Shown: positions 8,387 through 17,723 of the stretch, in pieces
How the letters are laid out: each line of letters opens with the position of its first letter
Position numbering within the stretch: position 1 is the stretch's first letter
Assembly (NCBI GenBank): GCA_041907605.1
Contig: JAYRGZ010000014.1
Coordinates: forward strand, 5,116 to 69,115
DNA length: 64,000 nt
Reading direction: 5' to 3'
Origin: Minisyncoccota bacterium
Lineage (GTDB): Bacteria; Patescibacteriota; Minisyncoccia; Phycocordibacterales; UBA9973
Notes under the pieces: generated by a model
Databases searched by the model: none
Seen by the model: only the letters and a program-made list of their open reading frames with translations
Told to the model about the DNA's origin: nothing
Program-made: the position numbers and the translations under genes

Positions 8387-9640
8387 ATGAGCACGAAATT
8401 TCTACACGTAGATGGAGATTCATTCTTTGTAGCTTGTGAACAGGCACAGTACCCGCACTTAAAAGGCAAACCAGTAGTGGTGGGAGAAGAGCGTGGTATC
8501 GCATGCGCCATGAGTTACGAAGCCAAAGCGCTTGGCGTCACGAGAGGACTTCCTATATATACAATACGCAGAGAATTACCAGAGATAATTATCCTACCCT
8601 CACATTTTGAACTCTACGAGATGTATTCTGAGAAAATGGTTGCTGTCCTCAAGAAATTTTTAGGAACTGTAGAGAAATACAGTATCGATGAGTGTTTTGC
8701 ATTAATTACCGACAAAGACGCGAAGCGTTACGGTGGATACAAGGAAATCGGCCTCGCAATAAAAAATCAAATACAGAGTGAATTAGGTATAACTTTTTCC
8801 TTTGGTATTGCAGATACTAAAGTCCTCGCAAAAGTCGCATCAAAATACCAAAAACCAGACGGTCTTACATATATTGAGCAGGAAAATATTGGAGAATATC
8901 TAAAAAAAGTATCAATTGAAAACATTTGGGGTATTGGATATCGTACTGCACCGAAGCTCCAAGCGATGGGAGTACATACCGCCTTTGATTTTATAGGTCT
9001 AGATAGGGAATATATAGATAAATATTTTGATTTACCACTACAGGAAATTTGGCAAGAATTAAATGGTAATTCCGTGCTAGGAATTGGTGGCGACTTTCAA
9101 CCACAAAAAAGTCTTCAAGCCACACAGACTTTTCCGAAAGCTTCAAAAGATAAATCTTATGTATTTTCTGAGTTATCTAAAAATATTGAAATTGCATGCG
9201 AACGTATGCGCGACATTAATCTATCAACTAATCATGTTTCTGTATTTATAAAGACTAAAAACTTTCGCTACTATACGAGAGACATCAAACTGCCATTCTT
9301 TACCCAAAATCCATCAGACATACTGCGCTATGTGCATAGCGAGTTCCCTAAAATTTTCAAACATGGAGAAGAATATAGAACGACAGGTGTGACACTGCTG
9401 AATTTAACTAGTGAGAATCATATACCTGCGGATTTATTTGGTGTACAGAAAAATATTTTTGATAGAAAAGCACTACTTGAGAAAATTGATATGCTCAAAA
9501 GCCGCTACGGTACAAATGTCATATTCCTAGCCTCTAGTATGCAAGCCCAAAGTCGGAAGAAAGAAGAGTTTGTGAAAAAAGCAAAGAAAGACAGATATAT
9601 TTATGGATTGCCGTATCCATATTTGGGAGAAGTCTTATAG
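8387..9640 (+). CDS. dinB: Y-family DNA polymerase (Pol IV/DinB or UmuC-like).
   Basis: MSTKFLHVDGDSFFVACEQ...SIDECFALIT: impB/UmuC palm motifs, followed by little-finger domain length. Confidence 0.88.
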   Translation: MSTKFLHVDGDSFFVACEQAQYPHLKGKPVVVGEERGIACAMSYEAKALGVTRGLPIYTIRRELPEIIILPSHFELYEMYSEKMVAVLKKFLGTVEKYSIDECFALITDKDAKRYGGYKEIGLAIKNQIQSELGITFSFGIADTKVLAKVASKYQKPDGLTYIEQENIGEYLKKVSIENIWGIGYRTAPKLQAMGVHTAFDFIGLDREYIDKYFDLPLQEIWQELNGNSVLGIGGDFQPQKSLQATQTFPKASKDKSYVFSELSKNIEIACERMRDINLSTNHVSVFIKTKNFRYYTRDIKLPFFTQNPSDILRYVHSEFPKIFKHGEEYRTTGVTLLNLTSENHIPADLFGVQKNIFDRKALLEKIDMLKSRYGTNVIFLASSMQAQSRKKEEFVKKAKKDRYIYGLPYPYLGEVL

Positions 9641-9650
9641 AGGCGTATAA

Positions 9651-10325
9651 TTGAGCTATATGAAGAAGACAGAGAAAAATAAAATACTAACAAAGGCCTG
9701 GCTTCGGATTTTTTTCCTTTGTATCGGAATTGTACTTTTGCTTTGGGGAGTCAGTGAGATGCGAAGCCACAAGAGAGAGACGATAAAAGAAAGCGTTAAT
9801 ACAGAAAAGCCTTTTAATAAAATTAGCGACGAAGAGCTTTATACAAAACTCAAAAATGTTGTCATGACAGTGCCTGATACAAAGACTGTTATACAACTTA
9901 AAAATGGTGAATCAGATTATAAAGTTGATCCGGAAATTGAAAGCTTAGGTTCAATATCATTATCAGATCCATATACGGTGCGTGATGTACCAAGTACGGC
10001 TAAAAGCGACAAGAGAACAGATATAATTTCTCCACTTACTGTAGAGAGCGGTGGTTCAGGATCTTTTCAGTACATTGAATTATTTAGTTACAATGGTGAG
10101 AAACTTCTCGAAAAATCCTATGCATTCTTGGGAGATAGAATTTCTATTGATTCAGTATCAACAAAAAATGGAGGAGGTCAAATTGAATACTATGTAGTAA
10201 TAGATTATCTTGTTCGTAATGATGATGAACCAATGTCAGATGATCCGACGCACAAGAGAGAAACTACTATACCAGTAGTAGATGGACGTTTTGATCCTAA
10301 AAATACAAAGACGATAAGTCTATGA
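9651..10325 (+). CDS. Hypothetical membrane-anchored protein (single N-terminal TM, extracytoplasmic body).
   Basis: The likely start is MKKTEK at ~9660. TM segment is LRIFFLCIGIVLLLWGV. The stop overlaps the next gene's start (ATGA). Confidence 0.5.
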   Translation: MSYMKKTEKNKILTKAWLRIFFLCIGIVLLLWGVSEMRSHKRETIKESVNTEKPFNKISDEELYTKLKNVVMTVPDTKTVIQLKNGESDYKVDPEIESLGSISLSDPYTVRDVPSTAKSDKRTDIISPLTVESGGSGSFQYIELFSYNGEKLLEKSYAFLGDRISIDSVSTKNGGGQIEYYVVIDYLVRNDDEPMSDDPTHKRETTIPVVDGRFDPKNTKTISL

Positions 10326-10570
10326 CGTTTAGAGACAAAGTTTTCGCTGTTGTAAAAAAGATTCCAAAAGGTAAAACTCTTACATATAAAGAAGTGGCTA
10401 GACTTGTGAATTCACCCAAATCATATAGAGCTGTAGGTAACGTTCTCCATACCAACTTTGACAAGAGTATTCCATGTCACAGAGTCATAAGAAGTGATGG
10501 TATTATCGGTGGATATAATCGTGGAAATAATAGAAAACTAAAACTACTTAAACAGGAAGGAGCTATTTGA
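10322..10570 (+). CDS. MGMT/Ogt-family methylated-DNA-protein-cysteine methyltransferase DNA-binding domain protein (active-site PCHRV present).
   Basis: 82 aa: ..IPKGKTLTYKEVARLVNSPKSYRAVGNVLHTNFDKSIPCHRVIRSDGIIGGY.. This is the HTH plus PCHRV motif of the O6-alkylguanine alkyltransferase C-terminal domain; there is no N-terminal domain. Confidence 0.75.
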   Translation: MTFRDKVFAVVKKIPKGKTLTYKEVARLVNSPKSYRAVGNVLHTNFDKSIPCHRVIRSDGIIGGYNRGNNRKLKLLKQEGAI

Positions 10571-10607
10571 CCAGATTACCCAAGATTGCTAGTATAAAAA
10601 TACAACT

Positions 10608-10712
10608 AAATATATCGAGATGAGGGGAGAGATTTGGCTCTATGATCCTCTGGCAACCCTGAGATATATATCTCGAACGGGTGCCCCATCCAACCCACAA
10701 GGGAGAGATACT
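10608..10712 (+). ncRNA. SAM-binding riboswitch of the SAM-I/SAM-IV clan, in the 5' leader of metK.
   Basis: Contains the clan hallmarks GGCAACCC and GGGUGCCCC..UCCAACC, a k-turn-like GAUGAGGGGAGAG, and a P1-like pairing UAUCGAGAU...AUCUCGA. A downstream UUCCUuuuuAGGAA hairpin overlaps the AGGAAA RBS and is followed by a U-run. Confidence 0.6.
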
Positions 10713-10749
10713 ATTAACTAACCTTCCTTTTTAGGAAATTTTTTATTTT

Positions 10750-11688
10750 ATGAGAAAAACAGCAGAATTTGTTAGTCCAAAACATCCAGATAAAATATGT
10801 GATTTTATAGCCGACTCTATACTTGACGCTTATTTGTCAGGTGATATTGAAAGTAGAGTGGCAATCGAAGTAATGGGTGGACATAATCTTATAACGATAA
10901 ATGGTGAAGTAACTTCCTCTTCAAATATTGATATCGAAAAAATAGTGCATAGTATTGTAGGACAGGATTTCAAGGTAATTTCAAATGTAGTAAAACAAAG
11001 TCCTGAAATTGCTCGTGGTGTAGATACCGGTGGTGCTGGAGATCAAGGAATTATGATGGGTTACGCTACAAGTGATACTGATAATTACATGCCAAAGGAA
11101 TATGAGCTTGCTCGGAACTTGTGCAAAAAAATCTATGATATTTATCCTAATGATGGCAAAGTTCAAGTAACGATTGATGGAGGTGAGATCACTACAGTTG
11201 TTGCAAGTTTTCAAAATACTGACAGCAAAGAACTTGAGAAAATTGTAAGAGAAATAATTAAAGCAGAAGCATATAAAATTAATCCAGCAGGGCAGTGGCA
11301 CCAAGGTGGCTTTGATGCGGATACTGGACTCTCTGGTAGAAAACTTATAGTGGACAATTATGGTCCTGAGGTTAGAATCGGTGGTGGATCATTTTCTGGT
11401 AAGGATTATACAAAAGTTGATCGCTCTGGAGCGTATATGGCACGTAAAATCGCCGTGGATTATTTGAAAAAATATAATGCAAAAGAAGTAATCACAAAGC
11501 TAGCCTATGCTATAGGAGTAAGTGAGCCTGTAATGGCTAACGTGATTGTTGATGGAAAAGAAATGAACATTGAAGGCTATGATTTATCTCCAAAAGGAAT
11601 TCGTGAATTCTTGAAACTAAAACAGGTATCATATAAAGATACCTGCACCTGGGGACACTTCGGACGCGGATTTAATTGGGATAATTAA
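10750..11688 (+). CDS. metK: S-adenosylmethionine synthetase (compact, 312 aa).
   Basis: N-terminal SPKHPDKICDFIADSILDAYL (compare [21 protein letters not shown]), a GGAGDQGIMMGYA loop, and C-terminal ..TWGHFGRGFNWD. Confidence 0.85.
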   Translation: MRKTAEFVSPKHPDKICDFIADSILDAYLSGDIESRVAIEVMGGHNLITINGEVTSSSNIDIEKIVHSIVGQDFKVISNVVKQSPEIARGVDTGGAGDQGIMMGYATSDTDNYMPKEYELARNLCKKIYDIYPNDGKVQVTIDGGEITTVVASFQNTDSKELEKIVREIIKAEAYKINPAGQWHQGGFDADTGLSGRKLIVDNYGPEVRIGGGSFSGKDYTKVDRSGAYMARKIAVDYLKKYNAKEVITKLAYAIGVSEPVMANVIVDGKEMNIEGYDLSPKGIREFLKLKQVSYKDTCTWGHFGRGFNWDN

Positions 11689-12755
11689 TCCTCATTAATT
11701 TTATCTAGCACTAGTGGATCTATCCCAGTTGCCGTACCACTAATTCTAAGTACGTCTTTGTCTACCTTCTTTAATTCTTTACCTGATGCATTGTAGTGAT
11801 TGGTTACAGTACTTAGTGCATTACCAAGCTTGTTGTGGTATTCCTCATAGGATTTAAGATGTTTTCCTAGCTCATCAACTCTCTTCACTATATCCTTAGC
11901 AGATTCTTCTATTTGCATAGCTTTTAGACCTTGGAGTACAGTTTGTAGGTATGCGAGAAATGATGTTGGAGAAACTATTATTACCTTATACTTAGATGCT
12001 GCACGTTGAATTAGGTTTTCAGTTTCTTCCTTGAGTGCTCCAACCTTATTTATAAGTAAATCATAATATATTGCTTCATGAGGAATGAACATAAATGCAA
12101 ATTCCATTGTATTTTGCTCAGGTTTTATATATTTAGAGGTTTCAGTAATTCTATTTTTTAAATCGTTAACAAACAATTTTTCTAATCTTTCTTTCTCAGC
12201 CGGATTTTGCTCCTCAACTAGTTTGTTATAATTCTCAAGTGAAAATTTTGAATCAATTGGAATAATTTTATCTTTTATAAATACCACAGCATCAGGAATC
12301 AAATCTTTTCCGTCGTCATCTTTTCCAAGTTTGTATTGCATTTCGTAACTACCTGGAGGAAGGACATTTTTTAGGAGTGTTTCTAAGTAGTATTCACCTA
12401 AAATTCCACGTTGTTTGGGATTTTTCAAAATATCCTGCAAACTTTGCAATTGATCAGTAAAAGAAACAACCTGACGGTTAGTCTCATCTAGTTTTGTAAG
12501 TTTTTCTGTAACTTCTTGAACAATTTTTATTGATTGATATGTTTGATACTTAAGTGATTCAGACATTTCCTTGCGTGATTCACCGAGTTTGGTATCAACA
12601 GTTCTCGATAGTTCATTAATTTGTGTAACAAGCATTTGAAGAGCAGAATTATCAATGGCGCTACTTTCGTTTCTATTGGAATTTTGTTTAGTTACAAGCC
12701 ACACAAAAAAACCTCCTACGGCTATTCCAATTATGATAAACAATGCCATTTCCAT
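11685..12755 (-). CDS. rmuC: DNA recombination protein RmuC.
   Basis: N-terminal TM, a long coiled coil, then the RmuC core (..GILGEYYLETLL..IPDAVVFI..IPIDSKFSLENY..FAFMFIPHEAIYY..). Confidence 0.85.
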   Translation of the reverse strand: MEMALFIIIGIAVGGFFVWLVTKQNSNRNESSAIDNSALQMLVTQINELSRTVDTKLGESRKEMSESLKYQTYQSIKIVQEVTEKLTKLDETNRQVVSFTDQLQSLQDILKNPKQRGILGEYYLETLLKNVLPPGSYEMQYKLGKDDDGKDLIPDAVVFIKDKIIPIDSKFSLENYNKLVEEQNPAEKERLEKLFVNDLKNRITETSKYIKPEQNTMEFAFMFIPHEAIYYDLLINKVGALKEETENLIQRAASKYKVIIVSPTSFLAYLQTVLQGLKAMQIEESAKDIVKRVDELGKHLKSYEEYHNKLGNALSTVTNHYNASGKELKKVDKDVLRISGTATGIDPLVLDKINED

Positions 12756-12820
12756 AGGGATATTTTAACACACTTTACATATAATTATGGAGTGGTAGGC
12801 TCTATTTAAATCCTAAAACC

Positions 12821-13174
12821 ATGATACCTAACATCAATTCTATGACACTTGCACAGCAAGTTGCATGGGTACTAGAGCACAGCTCAAGGAAATCAAGTAA
12901 TCTTGACCAGTCGAAAATGCACCACATCTTAGGCTCAATTCTGAGAGGAAGTGATGAGCCAACAATTCCAGATGCTATTGCCTCGCTACCAATAAGTCAA
13001 AAGTTTGTAATCGTTAGTAGTATTCCGGAATATGAAGAGATACTGTCCTACTGGTTGAATCAGTGGATTGTAATCCTCGGTGACGAGAACGTAAACGATG
13101 AGAGTAGTTGGTCTTGGCCAGCAATGCTGTCATTTTTTCCGGGACACAAATTACCCGAAATATATTTGGGCTAA
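12821..13174 (+). CDS. Hypothetical protein.
   Basis: 117-aa ORF with no recognisable motifs. Confidence 0.4.
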   Translation: MIPNINSMTLAQQVAWVLEHSSRKSSNLDQSKMHHILGSILRGSDEPTIPDAIASLPISQKFVIVSSIPEYEEILSYWLNQWIVILGDENVNDESSWSWPAMLSFFPGHKLPEIYLG

Positions 13175-13216
13175 AAATGGAAGAGAAAATATAAGGGCAA
13201 CGTGAAAACGACCCTT

Positions 13217-13996
13217 TTATTTTTTTGTCTTGTTTACAATTTCCTTGAAGGCTTTCCCAGCATTGTCTCTGTATGCACAGTATTCGCATGTACTACTAGC
13301 TCCCGGAATTTCATCGCTCTGTAATAATTGATACAAGTCTTCAATAATTTTATCAACCCAGCTACTGTCTCCACTGTAGGGAATGATCTGTACATCAAAC
13401 TCCAATTTTGCATCGAATGCTTTTTTATCAGTCTTGCCATTTACATACACAAAGTATCCAGTGCTAGATACCTTATAACCCTTGTTGCGGAGCAACCATT
13501 GATAAAACTCCATTTGTCTTTTATAAACAACCTTCCACTGATCGTCTAAATTTATCTCACCATCTTTTGCTGTTGCCTTATAGTCAACAACTACGTATTC
13601 ACCTGCGTCATTTATCCATAAATCATCAATCGCACCAGTGAAAATTAAATTATGTTTTTTGTCATAATATTGGACTCCTTCAAAGTTCTCTCTCCATATA
13701 GGCAATTCATCGTGGTCGACTGGCCTCGCATCTATTCCGTAGCTTTCCATGAGAGGGTGTTTTTCATTTTTGGCTCGATAACTATCAAATTCTTTTTTTA
13801 GAAGTCCATCAACCGCCACGTTAAGTGTAAATGCAGGCATTGAAGGGCGCTTTACACCGAGTTTACGATCTAGAAAAAAACAGCGTTTACATTCAACAAA
13901 CATATCTACCTTTGTGCGCGACAAAACAAATGGATCCTTCGAATCCTTGTCATATTGTTTTTGCCAACGCCACGAAATTCCATCAACATTTCCCAT
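13217..13996 (-). CDS. PD-(D/E)XK nuclease with a 4-Cys cluster (Cas4/RecB-like, DUF83-type); no CRISPR nearby.
   Basis: Start trimmed to MGNVDG. N-terminal ECKRCF and C-terminal CEYCAY (2x CxxC), with nuclease motifs ..GAIDDLWIND..YVVVDYKAT.. in between. Confidence 0.65.
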   Translation of the reverse strand: MGNVDGISWRWQKQYDKDSKDPFVLSRTKVDMFVECKRCFFLDRKLGVKRPSMPAFTLNVAVDGLLKKEFDSYRAKNEKHPLMESYGIDARPVDHDELPIWRENFEGVQYYDKKHNLIFTGAIDDLWINDAGEYVVVDYKATAKDGEINLDDQWKVVYKRQMEFYQWLLRNKGYKVSSTGYFVYVNGKTDKKAFDAKLEFDVQIIPYSGDSSWVDKIIEDLYQLLQSDEIPGASSTCEYCAYRDNAGKAFKEIVNKTKK

Positions 13997-14033
13997 GAGT
14001 GATATTTTAGCATAATTTTGGTATAATCCTTTT

Positions 14034-14486
14034 ATGTTGCACGAGCAAATTAAAGGCGGAATAAAAGAAGCAATGATGTCAAAGGACACAATAAGACTTG
14101 AAGTTTTACGTGGAATTGTCACTGCTTGTACCAATGAATTAGTAGCTAAAGGCAAGAAACCTCAGGATATTTTGACAGACGAGGAAGTTCTAGCCGTGAT
14201 AACTAGATTATCAAAACAAAGAAAGGACTCTATTGAGCAATATACAAAAGCCAATCGTCCAGAACTTGTAGAAGAAGAGAAATCACAGCTTTCTGTACTA
14301 GAAACCTTCCTACCTAAAATGATGAGTACCGAAGAGATAACTAATATTGCAAGTGCTAAGAAGGCTGAATTGGGAATTACAGACGTAGCAAAAAAAGGAA
14401 TGCTGATGTCTGCACTTATGAAAGATCTCAAGGGCAAGGCAGACGGTATGGATGTAAAAAATGTAGTCGATTCATTATTTAATTAA
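14034..14486 (+). CDS. GatB/YqeY-domain protein.
   Basis: MLHEQIKGGIKEAMMSKDTIRLEVLRGI...KADGMDVKNVV: a typical YqeY sequence. Confidence 0.85.
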   Translation: MLHEQIKGGIKEAMMSKDTIRLEVLRGIVTACTNELVAKGKKPQDILTDEEVLAVITRLSKQRKDSIEQYTKANRPELVEEEKSQLSVLETFLPKMMSTEEITNIASAKKAELGITDVAKKGMLMSALMKDLKGKADGMDVKNVVDSLFN

Positions 14487-14496
14487 TTTTATTTTT

Positions 14497-14832
14497 ATGA
14501 AAATAATTCTTCATTGGCTAATACTATCTCTCGCTATTCTCGCATCAGCTTACGTTATCCCCGGAATTCATGTTTCTGGAATTCTAGTGGCTATACTTGC
14601 AGCTGCTATTTTGGCGTTTATAAATACAATTATTAAACCAGTTATATCTATCCTAACGCTACCACTCAATATTCTGACCCTAGGACTCTTCTCACTCGTA
14701 ATTAATGGATTGTTTTTCTGGTTTATCGCTCATTTTATTTCTGGATTTACTGTAGATACTTTCAAGGCAGCATTTCTAGGAGCAATCGTGGTTTCAATAA
14801 TTAACTGGTTGGGCGAAAAAGTACTAGGCTAA
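14497..14832 (+). CDS. Small 4-TM membrane protein (phage-holin-4/DUF360-like).
   Basis: 111 aa, four hydrophobic helices. Confidence 0.5.
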   Translation: MKIILHWLILSLAILASAYVIPGIHVSGILVAILAAAILAFINTIIKPVISILTLPLNILTLGLFSLVINGLFFWFIAHFISGFTVDTFKAAFLGAIVVSIINWLGEKVLG

Positions 14833-14834
14833 AT

Positions 14835-15440
14835 ATGAGCATTGCAAATACCTTAACCCAACTAGTCTCGGGTCATACACTTATTGCTTATCTATTTATA
14901 TTTTTTGGTATTTTAATTGAGGGTGAATTAGTTCTTATTGCCACAGGTGTACTCGCACACGTTGGAATATTGCCAATTTATCCTACACTTTTTATTGGAC
15001 TTCTCGGTGCTGTAGGTAAAACTGCTTTAGGATACTATCTAGGGTCACTACTTGGTCAGTATTTTCCACGCAATCTAATTCTTAAATACTCTGAACACAA
15101 AGTACTATCGCTTTTGCCACGTTTTCGGGAAAGACCGTTTTGGTCAATTTTCATTTCAAAATTTATATATGGGATAAATAATCTGGTAATAATTTTTGCT
15201 GGATACACAAAGGCGCAATTTAAAACCTATATAAAGGCAGAGATGTTATCTACGGCAATCTGGGCACCCCTTATTTTCTCCTTGGGGTATTTTTTCAGCC
15301 ATACTGCATTTAGCATAACTCGTGATATAAAGAAGTCAGCAGTATTTATATTGGTATTCCTAATACTGTTTATGATACTAGAGAAAGTTATAACGGGAAT
15401 TATCAGTTTCTTTGAGGAATATCAAAGCGCAAAAAAATAA
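14835..15440 (+). CDS. DedA/SNARE-associated family membrane protein.
   Basis: ..FGILIEGELVLIATGVLAH..: the DedA signature region, and multi-TM. Confidence 0.7.
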   Translation: MSIANTLTQLVSGHTLIAYLFIFFGILIEGELVLIATGVLAHVGILPIYPTLFIGLLGAVGKTALGYYLGSLLGQYFPRNLILKYSEHKVLSLLPRFRERPFWSIFISKFIYGINNLVIIFAGYTKAQFKTYIKAEMLSTAIWAPLIFSLGYFFSHTAFSITRDIKKSAVFILVFLILFMILEKVITGIISFFEEYQSAKK

Positions 15441-15441
15441 T

Positions 15442-16356
15442 ATGTTCTGGAAAAATAAAAAAACAATAGTAACTCATAGTGGCACATTTCACGCAGATGA
15501 TGTTTTTGCTGTAGCTATACTATCCAAAATTCTAGGCGATAATTTCAAGCTCATCCGAACTAGAGATAAAAAATTATTTGAGAGTGCTGATTTTGTGGTT
15601 GATGTCGGTGGTACACACGATGCGCACGAGGAGAGATTTGATCATCATCAGGGCGAAGGTGCTGGTAAAAGAAAAAATGGTATAGCATACGCCTCTGCTG
15701 GTTTGGTATGGAATAAATATGGCGAGCAGATATGTGGTAGTCGGGCTGTGGCGAGTAAAGTGGATGAGCGATTAATTCAAGTTGTCGATGCTACAGACAA
15801 TGGTCTATCGATTTCAAAACCAATTTTTGAACAAGTATTTCCTTATACGATTTCAGATATGATAGCCTCATTCGTACCAGGGATATTTGAGGACGAGAAT
15901 ACAGCAGATAATCAGTTTAAAAAAGCCTTATCTTTTGCAAAAAACATCTTAGATAACGAGATAAAAAAAGCAGGTGATCAAATATATATAGAAGCAAAAG
16001 TTAAGGATACTATATCTAATGGGAGTTTGGATTCAAATACTGTAGTTTTTGATGAATACATGCCTCGTGTACCACTATGGATTGAGTTAGGAAAATACCC
16101 CAATATCCTGTATGCTGTTGCTCCAGCTACAATAGACAAAAGTAAGTGGAAATTGGTCGCAGTACCTAAGGATATGAACTTCTTTACATATAGAAAGACA
16201 CTGCCAAGTGCTTGGGAAGCAAAAAATGGTAAGGAATTGCAAGACATTACGGGAGTATCTGATGCAGAATTTTGTCACAAGGATTTATTCCTATGTATTG
16301 CTGGATCAAAAGAAGGAGCTTTAAAACTTATGCAAAAAGCAGTAGAAAACATATGA
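15442..16356 (+). CDS. MYG1/UPF0160 family metal-dependent hydrolase.
   Basis: ..IVTHSGTFHADDVFAVAIL..VDVGG..DHHQ..: the UPF0160 signature. Start trimmed to the ATG right after the upstream stop. Confidence 0.8.
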   Translation: MFWKNKKTIVTHSGTFHADDVFAVAILSKILGDNFKLIRTRDKKLFESADFVVDVGGTHDAHEERFDHHQGEGAGKRKNGIAYASAGLVWNKYGEQICGSRAVASKVDERLIQVVDATDNGLSISKPIFEQVFPYTISDMIASFVPGIFEDENTADNQFKKALSFAKNILDNEIKKAGDQIYIEAKVKDTISNGSLDSNTVVFDEYMPRVPLWIELGKYPNILYAVAPATIDKSKWKLVAVPKDMNFFTYRKTLPSAWEAKNGKELQDITGVSDAEFCHKDLFLCIAGSKEGALKLMQKAVENI

Positions 16357-16733
16357 GCCAACTTGAAATAAAATTTAATAATGTGGAAAATCCTAAATTT
16401 CTTGAAGATGTACCGAATTGGCAAGAGAAACTGCAATTGAGAAAATTAGCACTGTACAACAGAGATATGGCTAAAGAAGGAAAGCTACGTTTTAATTATG
16501 CTGATGGTGCAAACGCGGAGGCATTATTCTTAAATAAAGAATACGGTAGAGAGGTTGCCCATGTTGAAAAAGGAATAGGTCTTAATGACTGGAGAGTAGT
16601 AATTAATGCACCTTCTCGAGACGCTTTCAAGGATATATTAGTAAATCAAGAAGAAGGAGATGAGATTCTTCCTCATAAAGTAAAAGAAGCAGTCGAATTG
16701 AATACAAAAGAGGATAAACAAAGAGCAGCATAA
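16353..16733 (+). CDS. Hypothetical protein.
   Basis: ATGA overlap with the MYG1 stop. 126 aa with no recognisable motif. Confidence 0.45.
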   Translation: MSQLEIKFNNVENPKFLEDVPNWQEKLQLRKLALYNRDMAKEGKLRFNYADGANAEALFLNKEYGREVAHVEKGIGLNDWRVVINAPSRDAFKDILVNQEEGDEILPHKVKEAVELNTKEDKQRAA

Positions 16734-16736
16734 TAT

Positions 16737-17714
16737 ATGGCATTTATTGATGAAGTAAAAATTAAAGCGGAGGCAGGTCGTGGGGGAGACGGCGTTGTTC
16801 GTTGGCGTCAGGAGAAATTTATTCCGAAAGGTGGTCCTGCTGGAGGAGACGGTGGAAAAGGTGGAGATATTTTTGTAAAAGCTGTACGTAGTATGCGAAC
16901 GCTTGCTAAGTACAAGGCCAAAACTGAATTTAAAGCTGAGAACGGATTTCCAGGAGAATCTAGGAGTAAGCATGGCCGTGATGGTAAAGATATAGTCATT
17001 GAGCTACCTCTTGGAAGTGTAATAAAAAATTTAAATACTGGAGAAAAATTTTCATTAGTTGATGACAAAGAAACACATCTAATACTCAAAGGTGGACGTG
17101 GTGGACTTGGAAACGAGCAGTTCAAAAGTTCTGTAAATACAACTCCCAAAAAATCAACCCCGGGTAAGCCGGGTGAGAACGCGGAATTCTATATAGAGCT
17201 AGAGCTTTTTGCTGATATCGGACTAATCGGACTACCGAATGCTGGCAAGAGTTCATTGCTTAACTCTCTTACAAATGCAGTGGCAAAGGTGGGTGACTAT
17301 GCTTTCACAACGCTTGATCCAAACCTTGGTGATTTACATGGCTTTACAATTGCGGATATTCCAGGACTTATCGAAGGCGCAAGCGAGGGTAAAGGGCTTG
17401 GTACAAGATTTCTTAAACATATCAAACGAACAAAAATGCTAGTGCATTTAGTGTCATTTGAAAATGGAATGAATATGATGAAGGCATACAAACAAATACG
17501 TTCTGAATTAGAACAGTATGGTAATGGTCTCTCGGATAAAGATGAAGTAATACTCCTAACAAAAACTGATGTTTGCGAAGACAAGAAAGAAATCAGTAAG
17601 AAAATCAAGGAATTTGAAAAACTTAAAAAGCCAGTTTTTGCAGTATCACTCTTTGACGATAAATCTATAAAAGAATTTAAGGATGGTCTCGTAAAAATCC
17701 TAAATAAAGAGTAG
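16737..17714 (+). CDS. obg: GTPase Obg/CgtA.
   Basis: Glycine-rich Obg fold (GRGGDGVVRW..GGPAGGDGGKGGDI..GGRGGLGN) plus a G domain (GLPNAGKSSLL). Confidence 0.95.
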   Translation: MAFIDEVKIKAEAGRGGDGVVRWRQEKFIPKGGPAGGDGGKGGDIFVKAVRSMRTLAKYKAKTEFKAENGFPGESRSKHGRDGKDIVIELPLGSVIKNLNTGEKFSLVDDKETHLILKGGRGGLGNEQFKSSVNTTPKKSTPGKPGENAEFYIELELFADIGLIGLPNAGKSSLLNSLTNAVAKVGDYAFTTLDPNLGDLHGFTIADIPGLIEGASEGKGLGTRFLKHIKRTKMLVHLVSFENGMNMMKAYKQIRSELEQYGNGLSDKDEVILLTKTDVCEDKKEISKKIKEFEKLKKPVFAVSLFDDKSIKEFKDGLVKILNKE

Positions 17715-17723
17715 TATATTTTT

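Noticed and set aside
16808-17149. Minus-strand 113-aa Pro/Ser-rich ORF within obg.
   Set aside because: It is the antisense reading of the glycine-rich Obg fold repeats (GGN codons read as Pro/Ser on the other strand), so it is spurious.
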